NCBI RefSeq assembly: GCF_009834535.1 | Contig: NC_045696.1 | Span: forward strand, 67,954,001-68,018,000 | DNA: 64,000 nt | Direction: 5' to 3' | Source of the DNA: Camelus ferus | Lineage: Eukaryota | Shown: positions 23,576 to 34,250 of the stretch, in pieces | How positions within the stretch are numbered: position 1 is the first letter of the stretch | How the letters are laid out: each line of letters begins with the position of its first letter | Translations under genes and position numbers: made by a program | Notes under the pieces: generated by a model | What the model was told of the DNA's origin: nothing | Seen by the model: the letters and a program-made list of their open reading frames with translations, nothing else | Database searches by the model: none

Positions 23576-25184
23576 AAAGAAAGAATAGAGTGGTTATATG
23601 TGTAAAGCAGAACAAGGCTTATCTCTGGATGATGGGTTACAGGGTTGGGGTGGGGTTCATTATCTTCATACGTTTGTGCATTTTAAATTTCTAAAATGTC
23701 TGCATAGAACTTTTATAACTGAAAAAGAAAGGCTTATTTTGTTTTAGGGTAAAGTCCAGCACCTATGCTAAAATAACAAATAGGCAGGGTTTGTTTCATT
23801 GTCCCATTTACAGAGTATTTTCATGTGCATTATTAACTCATCTGATCCATTCAACACCTCAGAGAAATGAGTTCAAAGATCCCCATCGACAGCGCAGTCA
23901 AGTTCATACAGTGAAATGGGACAGAGCAGACCCAACTGAAGGTTTCCTGGTTCCCTGCCGCTCTCTTCACAGTGGACCATTTATCTCAGGAAAAGAGTTT
24001 TGTCTTCGGCTTTTTTTCTAAAGGGGCTCCAACATTGTTTCTCTTTCCTCCCAACCCCAAAGTACCAACATCCTATAAAAAATAACCTGCACCTAGAAGC
24101 ACACCTGGGCTCCTTAGCTCCTCACCCCAGAGTAGGAAGGTAAGACTCTATTCAAGATGGACAAAAGTGCAACTGTTGCTATTTTCAAAGCATACAAAGC
24201 CAGTTATCCTAACGGGACCAGTCCAATCCATGAAGTGGACATCCAGGCACAATTTTTAAAAAGACACAGTCTGACCTAGATAAGGACATCTGAGACAAAG
24301 ATTCGAAAGCTGCTTAAGACGACAGACGCTGGGGGAGGTTTAGTGTCAGCATCGAAGAAGCACCACAGCTCAAATCTTGCTGGTCTTGGGATGACTCACC
24401 AGTAGGGCTGTTACACCCTCCTGCCCCTTTCATCAGACAGTTTTTTCCATTAGAATTTACTGACGAGGTGCTCCCCAGTAAAAGGGTAAGGTCAACTCTG
24501 CAGTTTTAAAATAGGGAAGGTAGGACTGAAAAGTCAGAACACTGATTTCACATAGTACACTCAAAAAAGTCCAAGGAGAGTCAAATGCCCACTGAAGAAA
24601 CACTGGCCTCCACCTCGCCTCGGCCAGCGAGCAAATGCGCAATCTGCCTATTCGGGGCTTTTTTCCTAAAGAATTAACTGAAAATGACAAAATCTGGTGT
24701 ATCACTAAAGGCAGAAGACAGATTAATTAGGTGGGAAATATACAGAGAAAAAGGCTGGGTCTGACTGGGGCCTGGGGGCAAGAAGAGAGTTGGGTTTTTG
24801 TAGAAAAGTCAGAACCTCTAGAATAAGACGGAGCCTCAGGACTGGCCTCATCTTTAGTGGGGTTGAGCTAAAAATTCCTGCCCTCAATCTCCCTGCTGTG
24901 GAAACTTCTAGAACAGAGTTCATAGCACATACGTGTGGAAACAACGAAAGCACTGCTGGGCAGAATAAATACTCATTATGGGAATGAGCCTGGGGAATAA
25001 GAGAAGTAGGTGGTCAGGACACTGAGCCTTGGTTCTCTTGTAGCATCATCCAGCTTTCTCTCCACCTTCTTTGACTCTCTTTTCAAGCTCTGAGCATATC
25101 CTTCCCATCCTGGAACCCATGGATTAAATGCCTTTTTAAAAGCTTTAATTCTAAGCACTGAACACCATATTGCAAACTTAACTA

Positions 25185-25330
25185 TCCACTGGAATTACCC
25201 AAAAACATTTTCAAAATGCAAATGCCCAGGTCCACACCCAGAGATTTAGGAATGCAAAGTGCAAATCTGAATCCTGGTAAAGACTTCCCTAAGTGATACT
25301 GATACTTAAACTGAGGTGAGAAACTACTGC
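25185..25330. mobile_element. MER5-like hAT-Charlie element
   Basis: cactggaattaccc...aaaatgcaaatgcccaggtccacacccagagat...ttccctaagtgatactgat...gtgagaaactactg. Confidence 0.65.
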
Positions 25331-26129
25331 TATACAAAGCAATCACCAACGTGGAAATTCAGGAAAGCAATGGGGTACCTAGGCTACTGTCCCCAGGAAG
25401 AACAAGCGGCTAGTGGGTAACCTGTGTTCATGGTGGACAAAGGGAAGAAAGGAGGACCAGACAGCAACAGACAGGCATCCCAAGGCACGGATGCCCCGAG
25501 GGAAGAGCAGTCTGATCTGTCAGAGATCTCCAGAAAAGAGGATCCACTTAGGAGCCCTGGAGTGAGAAAAACAGGGAAATTTGGACAGGATTTAAGTTTT
25601 GCAGGGATGGGTTTGCAAAAGGTATTCACCTCAAGAAGGCTAATTAATCAATCTATACAGTATATTCAATTTATTATCTTGAAAAATGACAAGATAAAAA
25701 TAGATGAGATATCCTCTGCACATTTCTTTAAACACTGCTGTAACAACAACAGGATCCGGATAAACCCAGAACTGGAAGGAATTTGTCACAGGCCCCCAAA
25801 TCAAAGACGTATAATCCATCATGGCTGCTAAAGTTCTACGACAAATCTCTTCAGCCAAGGCAAGGTAGAGCGCTTAGCTAATTACATCTCCCTGATCCCT
25901 CTAGATGTCAAAACCGAGTCCAGTTCATTTATCTTATGAATCCCTATAAACAAATCCTGTTGTCTCACTTCAATGTGAAAGCCCCATATAAAGCGAAGGA
26001 TTAATCTGACTGATGAAACCTAGTCCAGGTGTCCCAGGATAATGATCTTCCTATGTGTCTATTGCTGTTTCATCTGTAAAATGGGAATAACAGACTTCTC
26101 TCCATAGTATAAAAAAAGAAATAATACAC

Positions 26130-26222
26130 GAGGGGGGTTGGTATAGCTCAGTGGGAGAGTGCATGTTTAGCACGCATGAGGTCCTAGGTTCAATCCCCAG
26201 TAACTCCATTAAAAAAAAGAAG
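26130..26222 (+). mobile_element. Camelid tRNA-derived SINE (Vic-1-like, short form) inserted in a MIR
   Basis: Pol III A box tatagctcagtgg, B box ggttcaatccc and an A-rich tail. TSD aagaaataatacac (26116-26129) / aagaaacaatacac (26223-26236). Confidence 0.88.
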
Positions 26223-27276
26223 AAGAAACAATACACTAGGCAGTTGCCAAATAATGAAATGCCTAGCTCTGACTGCTAAATAAACTAAGGACTTAACATA
26301 TTTAAAACCTAATATGCATTCCTCTGTTTTCTCTAAGTAACATACAGTTCCTAATTTGCATCATCAACCTAGTCAAACCCTGATTTGCAAGATTCTCTTC
26401 TGCTTTATCCAAAATTCCAAATATGGAATTCATCTACTTGATTAGATTCTCCCACTCCTGTTATTGTTATGGAAGTTACGCCTTTACCCTGTGGATTTCT
26501 TTATCTTATGACATTCTCTGAAAAGAAGTCTCGGAGGGAAGCAAAGAGTCCGATAGTCACTTATGAGATCTGCAGTTAACACAGAGAAAGGCTGCTGTTT
26601 CTGAAATGGGGGCTGATTCCATGCTGCTAGACCACAGACCTTGAGAGCATTACAGGAGATCTGTTTACTCTAGTTTGAGTTCTCTAAGTGTGTCCTTCAA
26701 CTTAGAAGGACTGTTTCCTAAATAGATTAGCCAGCCTGAATGACAGACCACGTTACATCATCCTCTGCTCAGAAAACCGTCCCTCACATCACAGTGCAGC
26801 TCTCTCCTACCTTCTAGCCTGCCACTGCTGCCCCTGAAAAAAACCGTGTTGGGATTTGGGTGAGAGTGGGAGGTGAGGAACCTGGGGATGGCAGAACATC
26901 TCTTTTTTACCTTTTTTACTTTTTCATGTTAGCCTCCCTCCACCCACCCTCGTCCATAGAGAAGAAGGGGGCAAGTTATCTAATCACTGAATCTGGAGAA
27001 GGAATCAGGCAGGTGCAACTCAGCCCCCTCCTCGCAGTCTTGGGACGTGCCCGACTGCTGGAAGCACACCCTCCCTGCTCCTCAAGGGTAGGGATTTACA
27101 GGCCCGGTCCCCTAGCGGGGAGTCGTCACACGTGGAAGTCATCTGAGAGGAAGAGGGTGACTGCGATTCAAGGATGCTGTGTTAACAAGCCCACAGAGCT
27201 ACTAGGCCTAAAGCCCATTCTGCATCCAGATCTTGACCTCCAGATGCCTGACTGCTGCATTACTTTCAACTGGTTT

Positions 27277-27398
27277 TTATTTGATTTTATTTTTTTATTG
27301 AAGTATAGCTGATTTACAATGTTGTGTTAATTTCTGGTATACAGCATAGTGATTCCGTTTTGTGTGTGTGTATGTGTGGGTGTGTGTCTGTGTGGGTG

Positions 27399-27429
<31 letters not shown>

Positions 27430-27789
27430 ATTCCTTTTCATATTCTCTTTCATTACAGGTCACTACAAGCTATTGAATATAGTTCCCTATGCTATACAGT
27501 AGGACCTTGTTGTTTATCTATTTTATATATACAGGTTAGTATCTGCTAATCCCAAACTCCTAATCCATCCCTCTCCCTCTTCCCCTTTGGTAACCTTAAG
27601 TTTGTTTTCTATGTCTGTGAGTCTTCTTTATAAATAAGTTCATTTGTGTCATTTTTTTAAGATGCCACATATAAGTGATATCATATGATATTTGTCTTTC
27701 TCCATCTGACTTACTCACTTAGTACAATAATCTCTAGGTCCACCCACATTGCTACAAATGGCATTATTTCATTCTTCTTTATGGCTGAG
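27277..27789 (-). mobile_element. 5'-truncated cetartiodactyl-type L1 3' end with perfect 13-bp TSD
   Basis: ttattgaagtatagctgatttacaatgttgtgttaatttctggtatacagca...gttccctatgctatacagtaggacc...ggcattatttcattc. TSD tttcaactggttt at 27264-27276 and 27790-27802. Internal (TG)n at 27361-27429. Confidence 0.92.
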
Positions 27790-29186
27790 TTTCAACTGGT
27801 TTCCAGATGAACACAAAAGGAGGCAGAAGAGCAAAGGGAGCTGGAATGAAGGCTTGGGAGCCAAGGTGGAGGCTGAGTTCAGTCCCAGTGAACCCCCTCA
27901 AGCCCCGACACAGCATCTCGTCTAAGGACACTTACCATACCCTACCTCGCATGCAGGGACCTCAGGGATTCAGCCTTTGCTCCTGCTCTTCGTTCATCCT
28001 CCAACAGCCTTTCCAAGTCCTACCCTCGCCCGACCCTGATTCCCAGGCCAGGATCACCCAACCCTCTCAGATGCAGCCAGCCCTGGTGGTCTCTCCCTTC
28101 CATGAATCCTCACTGCTCATTTTCTCTTGGTCTGTATCGCTTTGTAATCACAGACGTCTCTAAGTGTAAGTCAAATCTCTGGGAGTCTTAGTTCCTTCAC
28201 TGTCAAGGACTAAGCCCCAATCATCTCCATACCTTCCCCTCCTTCCCTCATTGGCACGGGTTAACTGACATTTATTGAGAACTTATTATGCACCAGGCAT
28301 GCAACTAAGAGCATTGTATCCATTACCTTCTTTAATTGTCCCTAGGAAGTAGGTACAGTTATCATTCTCCAGAAAGAACAGGGTCTGTGCTCAGAAAGCA
28401 CAGCTCATCCTGCTAAGCTCATGCTGCAGTGTCTGGTGTAACTATGGGTGGCTTGTCAATCTGGGGCAGAAGAGCAGTTGGGGAGGGGAAGTAAGACTCA
28501 GGGGGACTCAGTTCAGTTCAAAATGGAGGGGAGGGTTCCACTTCACTACCTTGACCTTCACCTACACTTGCCCCTAGGTTTAAGGAAAAAAAAAAAAAAT
28601 CTCACTTTAAAAAAAAAAGAAGATGATGGAGAAAAAATAAAAAGTCCTTATGGTCACTGCTCCGTGAAGGGTCTAATTGCTCAACATGAAAAAGTCTCCC
28701 CAACCCCAATCCTTGCTCTGAAAACAGAGGTCTGGATCCCTGTGGTTTTGTCACTAGATGAATAACCAGCCCCGAGGATTGCTAGAGTTACAAGGCCCAG
28801 ACCAGATCCACTCAAATATAGCTGGAAGCTTTCTAGTAACTCTAACCGTGCATGGGGAATGAGCTGCTCAGGGAAGTGAGTCACTTACTGGAATCCGTGC
28901 TGCCTGCATTACTCAGCTGATATTAATACACCCACATGTTCATTAAAGTTTAATTGGAGTTCATGTGAGTTGGTTTCACCAGATACTTAATCAAAGAGGA
29001 GTGTTTGTGTATGAACTGTTCACACACAAACCAGAAAGCACAGCCTTCTCCCAGCCTCCACACACAGCCCCTGGCTGCTCTTGTCCCACTGTTGACACAG
29101 TCAGTCAGTCAGAGAGGGTGGGACAACGATCTGGAAGGAGGAGGGGGGAAGCTGTCCAGATAAGCCCAAAGCAAGAGTAAATGACA

Positions 29187-29280
29187 GGGGCCAGAAGTAG
29201 AGCTCAGTGGTAGAGCATGTGCTTGGCATGTGCAAGGTCCTGGGCTCAATCCCCAGTACCTCCATACCAAAAAGCAAAAA
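29187..29280 (+). mobile_element. Camelid tRNA-derived SINE (Vic-1-like), more diverged copy
   Basis: gtagagctcagtggtagagcatgtgcttggcatgtgcaaggtcctgggctcaatccccagtacctcc plus an A tail. Degenerate TSD aagagtaaatgaca (29173-29186) / aagaatgaatgata (29281-29294). Confidence 0.85.
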
Positions 29281-29871
29281 AAGAATGAATGATAAGTCCA
29301 TTGTATGGTACTGGCCACAGTTCCCTAACTCACCGGCTATTGCCTGATACCGGCCAGGACTCAAGTGCCAACTCCTCAACACAGACTTGCTCCCTTCTGG
29401 AGCTCGTTACCAAAGCTGCAGGACTCCTTTTCTCCCTGGGCACCTGTCTCTCAGCCGTACATCTGTATTTTTCAAATAGGTGGATAAGGAAATTAACCAT
29501 CATTCAAAATAATCACACATTTGTCTTGTACTGACAAGCAAACCATGAACACAATCCCAAACGCCTGTTTATACAATCAGGGCTGTCAGTACCCTGTTAT
29601 TTCTTATCAGATATCTCACTAATCAAGATTTCTGGAAGTATAAAATATTAAAGCTCCTGAAAAGATGGTACATGAAGTTACGGGGAAATAGATTTCAAGT
29701 CTGGTGGCTCTGGTTGTATTACCAATTTGTCCTTAGGAATGGTCACCGTTGTTGAGTATGCATGACTTCTTAGCCCAAAATAAACCAAGGTGAGTTAAAA
29801 ACCTGGCACTACAGACAATTTGATTTGCTGAAGCCACCTTCAGAGATGGTAGATTGAAAGGCAATGTACTG

Positions 29872-30265
29872 ATTTTTTTAACAGCTTTATTGAGATATGA
29901 TTCACACCCTATATAATTCACCCATTTAAAGCCTACAATTCAGTTTTTAGTGTATTCACAGAGTTGTGCAGCCATTGCCACAATCTACTTTAAGAACACT
30001 TTCACTGGCTCCAAAAGAAACCCCCATCCTACCTCTGCCAGCAACCACTAATCTGCTGTCTTTATGGACTCGACGGATTTTCCTGTTGTGGACTTTTCAT
30101 ATAAATGGAATCACAGAGCATGTGGCCTCTTATAACTAGCTTCCTTTAGTTACCGTAACAGTTTCAAGATCCATTCATGTTGTAGCATATATCAGTTCTG
30201 TACTCCTTTTCATTGCTGAATAATACTCCATTCTATGGATATACCAAATTTTGCTTCTCCATTCC
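29872..30265 (-). mobile_element. L1MB-like 3' end
   Basis: tttttaacagctttattgagatatgattcacacc...aattcacccatttaaag...gtattcacagagttgtgcagcc...ataaatggaatcac...ttcatgttgtagcat. Confidence 0.85.
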
Positions 30266-30300
30266 ACAATTCACCTTTTCAAAATAAAATAGATCTACCA

Positions 30301-30508
30301 TGTTATTTATGTATTTTATATACAGTAGTTTGTATCTCCTAATGCCATACTCCTAATTTATCCTCCCCACCCCCCCCCCTTTCCTCTTTGGAACCATAAG
30401 TTTGCTTTCCCTGTCTGTGAGTCTGTTTCTGTTTTGTAAATAAGTTCATCTCTATTTTTTGTACACCAGAAACTAACACAACATTGTAAATCAACTATGC
30501 TTTAAATT
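30301..30508 (+). mobile_element. 5'-inverted (twin-primed) cetartiodactyl-type L1 fragment
   Basis: An antisense L1 3'UTR piece (30301-30460) is joined to the sense extreme 3' end (gtacaccagaaactaacacaacattgtaaatcaactat). TSD aaaataaaatagatctacca (30281-30300) / aaaataaaatacatctacca (30509-30528). Confidence 0.85.
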
Positions 30509-32659
30509 AAAATAAAATACATCTACCAAAGAACAGCAGATTATTTCACACTCAGTTTGGCAGATAATGGGCAAATCCAGTCACGATTACACCATTAGAC
30601 ATGGAAAGTAACTGGTGCTGTGGTGGGGGCTTCACAAATGTGGAAGCAGGTGACAGAGCCTAGCAGCCGAAGCCTTTCTAAAATTAAAAGTCATCAGGAT
30701 GACCCATCCATGTGTGGTTTCACTGAATACAAAGAGCTGTCAGTGACATGCTACAGCTAGACGGTGGCTCCCTAAGGAAGGAGCCGTAGGTCTTGCGTGT
30801 CTGCCTTCCCCAAGGTGCCCAGCCTCGCTGGAAATGCACCGATGGAACAACACGAGCAACCACTTCTCTCTCTAGGAAAACCACCTGGTTCAGCTTCTTA
30901 ACATGGGACCCAGCTATTTAGTAATAAGCACCTACTATGTGCCAGGCACTATCATGATGATTAATGAGACACGACATCTGCCCTACAGGGGTTCAAAATC
31001 TAGCAGAAGAGACCAAGCGAATACACACAGGACAAATAAATCACTGCCAGATTCACAGAATTAAGGGTGTGAGAGAAACTCAGAGATGGAAACCCCTAGC
31101 TTCTTACATCTCATTTTCCATGCTGGTGAATTCATTCCCAACCTTATTTGTAAAGTGGGAGCCAATTATTACATGACAGTCATAGATGGTGCATAGACTT
31201 TTGTTGAGATAGAGAATTCATAGCTATCCATGTCCTGAAAAAGCACAAACTGATCTGTTTCTGGAGGAAAAATCAGAGCCAACATCAGCACCCCCATGAG
31301 TAACATCACCTGATGATGTAGACCAAAAAAGCAACCATCAAAGATGGTAAGTCTCAAGGGGGTCATTGATCCAAACCAAGGCACTTTCTGCTTCCTTCTA
31401 AAGAGGCTTTTCAAGACACTGTCAGGAAGCTGGCATTCCACTCAGAAGCAGCCACCTAAGAAACCGTGTGCTGTGAAGGCAATACTTAGGCTTCTAAACA
31501 CATGGGATCTAACCCATACTCTGGTACACGAGTCTAATAACACAACACTGGGCTTATCTGGTACCATGTGAGTAAGGGATTCAAAGACATTTGCCAAAGA
31601 GAAAGTCCTTCCCACCCACTAAGCGAGCATAGAGTTGACTCCTAGTCATTAAGAGGCTCAAGAGCATCTTCCATTCCTCTGTCCTGTATTCTAAGGACAC
31701 ACTTAAGCTCCCAGATAGAGGCATTTTGGAATCAAAACAAGAAGCCTAGCTCATGCTTCTGTTTTTTGGACTGTTGAGATGTATACCTTTCTGGCATCCA
31801 ACTCATACAACATATTAGGTTTTTGGGCAAACCAAAAACCATTGATACACTTCATGAGAAGTTATTTCACTTAAAATTTCTACCAGCCCTAAACTCTCTT
31901 TAATATATTCATCCAGTTTGTACATCAGTACAAGTGTTCCTTTTTAAATTCCTATAGTGACTTGGTACATCCTGTTTCCTAATTACCTCATGACAAAAAA
32001 AAAAAAAAAGAGGAGGGGATTTTACCTTCACCTCTCTTGTTCATTAAAGCGAGTTTCAGGAAATAATTTGACATTTGATTTTTTTAAAAAACACATGCTG
32101 TTTTAACAGAAAGTGTTAAGGATTCATTGCTGCTTATACTTGGGGAGAAACAAGTTAATATCAAATCATGGCTAACATTTTAACCAAAGGAAACAAGAAA
32201 AAATAATGGGGAGCACTTTTCAAGTTTATTACAACTCTGTATAAACTGGATAGAGCTTGGTAAGAATGACCTCATTACACTCGAATGAAGGTGGTGAAGC
32301 AGAAAGCAGCCCGAGTTAAAGGCTCTGAGTTTGCATCCATCGCTGTTTTAAGAAAACTCATCTCATCTCTCTGAACCTCAGTTACATCATCTCTAAAAGG
32401 GAAATGAATGACAAGCTCCACCTTGCCTAACTCGTGGGGGTGCCACAAGGCACACATAAGAAAATGTGTATGTAAATGCTTTGAAAACCATAAAGCCCCA
32501 TATACAATGTAAGGTATTCACAAGGTAAGGTATTATCTTAACATCCTCTCCCATAAAGACATTTTTAAATGACATGAACAAACACTTTTGCCTTTCTGTT
32601 TCTATTTTGAATAAGCCAAGGAAACACCCCCCAAAATTAGCACTACCAGTTCCAGGAAG

Positions 32660-32660
<1 letters not shown>

Positions 32661-32725
<65 letters not shown>
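32661..32725. repeat. (CT)20(CA)12 compound microsatellite
   Basis: Directly visible. Confidence 0.97.
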
Positions 32726-33411
32726 GAGCTTTGTAAGGATAAGTGCTGTGTAGACAACAGCCCAAGAGAGCACCAGATCCCGAAGAATCTTCCATCTTTG
32801 CGCTATCCTCGGCAGCACAACTTCCAAATTAATGTCTCTCAGCATATTCTTATGCTTTGAAGGTGTGTGAAATGTGTTAGAGCATATCACCTTTCAAAAA
32901 GTGATATGCCAAAACCCCCACCCACCTCCTTCTGGTGCAGGAGAAACGGTCCAAGGAAGAGGTGGCCCCAGTCTCCTTCTGGAGATGAGGGAAATGGGGA
33001 CAGCTCTGAAGACAGGACCCAGGCACATGCAGACTCAGGGAAGACAGAGCCTGCCTGGGTGACAAAGGAAAACTCCACCCTGCAGGCCATCATCAATCAG
33101 CAAACTGACCCTCAGGAGCCACAGGGCGTCGCTCCAGGAAGCAGTTTATGAAGGACGCGCACGCCTTCCAGTCCCCACGCACACTCCATCATCTGAAGTC
33201 CACTCTCTCAACTACCATCTACAGATAAGCAAAGATCAAGGACAGAGAAGCCAAAACTTTTCCAAGGTCATGAGTGGCTGTGCAAACACAATTCCTATAT
33301 CCCAGGCTAATCTGATTCCCAGTCCTTAAGTGAGAAGGCCAGGGTCCTACAACAAGCCAAAACTGTTCCCCGGGTGTCTGTCCTTGCTCCCTGCAGTGGG
33401 ATGGAATAGTG

Positions 33412-33885
33412 AGAGCTAACACCTACAGATGGCTTGCTGCGGAGGCACCGTTAGGTGCACTTTACGTATATTTTTAAATTACCGTTTAGCTTATTTGACC
33501 CTCAAAGGACCCTATGAGGTAAGTACATTCTGTAGATGAGGACACTGAGGCACAGAGAGATGGAGTGGTTTGCCTGAGGTTCTAGAACCTCATGGAGTGG
33601 ACAGTCTGGCTCTGATGGCTGTTCCTCGCCATCCACAGGCCGCCCCTTGCTGGGTATTCCTGACAATGGCCGAACACCCACCAGGAGCCGGGCACCACTG
33701 GAGGCTCTCACATGCATTTTCTAACTTATTCTCACAGTGACACTGGCAGAGACATTCTATTATCCCTAATTCAAAGAAAGACAACAAGACTCCTAGAGGT
33801 TAACCAAGGTTTTAACAAGCACTAAGAAGTGCACTGAGAAGTACAGTAAGATTTGAACTCCTGCCCAATTTCAAGCTTAGTGATC
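33412..33885 (-). mobile_element. Two tandem MIR SINEs
   Basis: gagctaacacctac...ccctatgaggtaagtac...tgtagatgaggacactgaggcacagagag; second copy ttctcacagtgacactggcag...tattatccctaattcaaag...agaggttaa. Confidence 0.75.
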
Positions 33886-33999
33886 TCTGTAGACATCCAG
33901 GTTCTGCCCCAGCTCTGACATCAACAAACTACACAGTCCTCTAACCATCATGGACACTGTCTTGTCTACCTCGCTGTCTACTCATTCATTTTTGCCAAG

Positions 34000-34250
34000 T
34001 GATGCAGTGAAAAGAACACACATTTAGGAGACAGGAAGACCGGAGAGGTCCCATCACTTACCAGCTGTGTGACTTGGACAAGTTATTGAGCCTCTCTGTG
34101 CCTCAGTTTCCTCATTTAACCAATGAGAACAATGATAATAGTACCCACCACCACCTCGAGGATTGTTATCAAAATTAAACGAGATGATGATGCAGGTAAA
34201 ACATTATGACAATGACCAAGACATATTAAGTGCTCAATAAAAATTCACTT
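34000..34250 (+). mobile_element. MIR SINE (near full length)
   Basis: cacttaccagctgtgtgacttggacaagttattgagcctctctgtgcctcagtttcctcattt...aaattaaacgagatga...taagtgctcaataaa. Confidence 0.9.

Noticed and set aside
24528..24815. Exact 13-bp direct repeat gaaaagtcagaac as a possible TSD
   Set aside because: No poly(A)/poly(T) tail or recognisable element lies between the copies, and a nearby 13-mer match is plausible by chance in 64 kb.
26130..26208. tRNA gene call for the A/B-box sequences (also 29187 and 50978)
   Set aside because: They have A-rich tails and TSDs and no convincing acceptor stem, so they are tRNA-derived SINEs.
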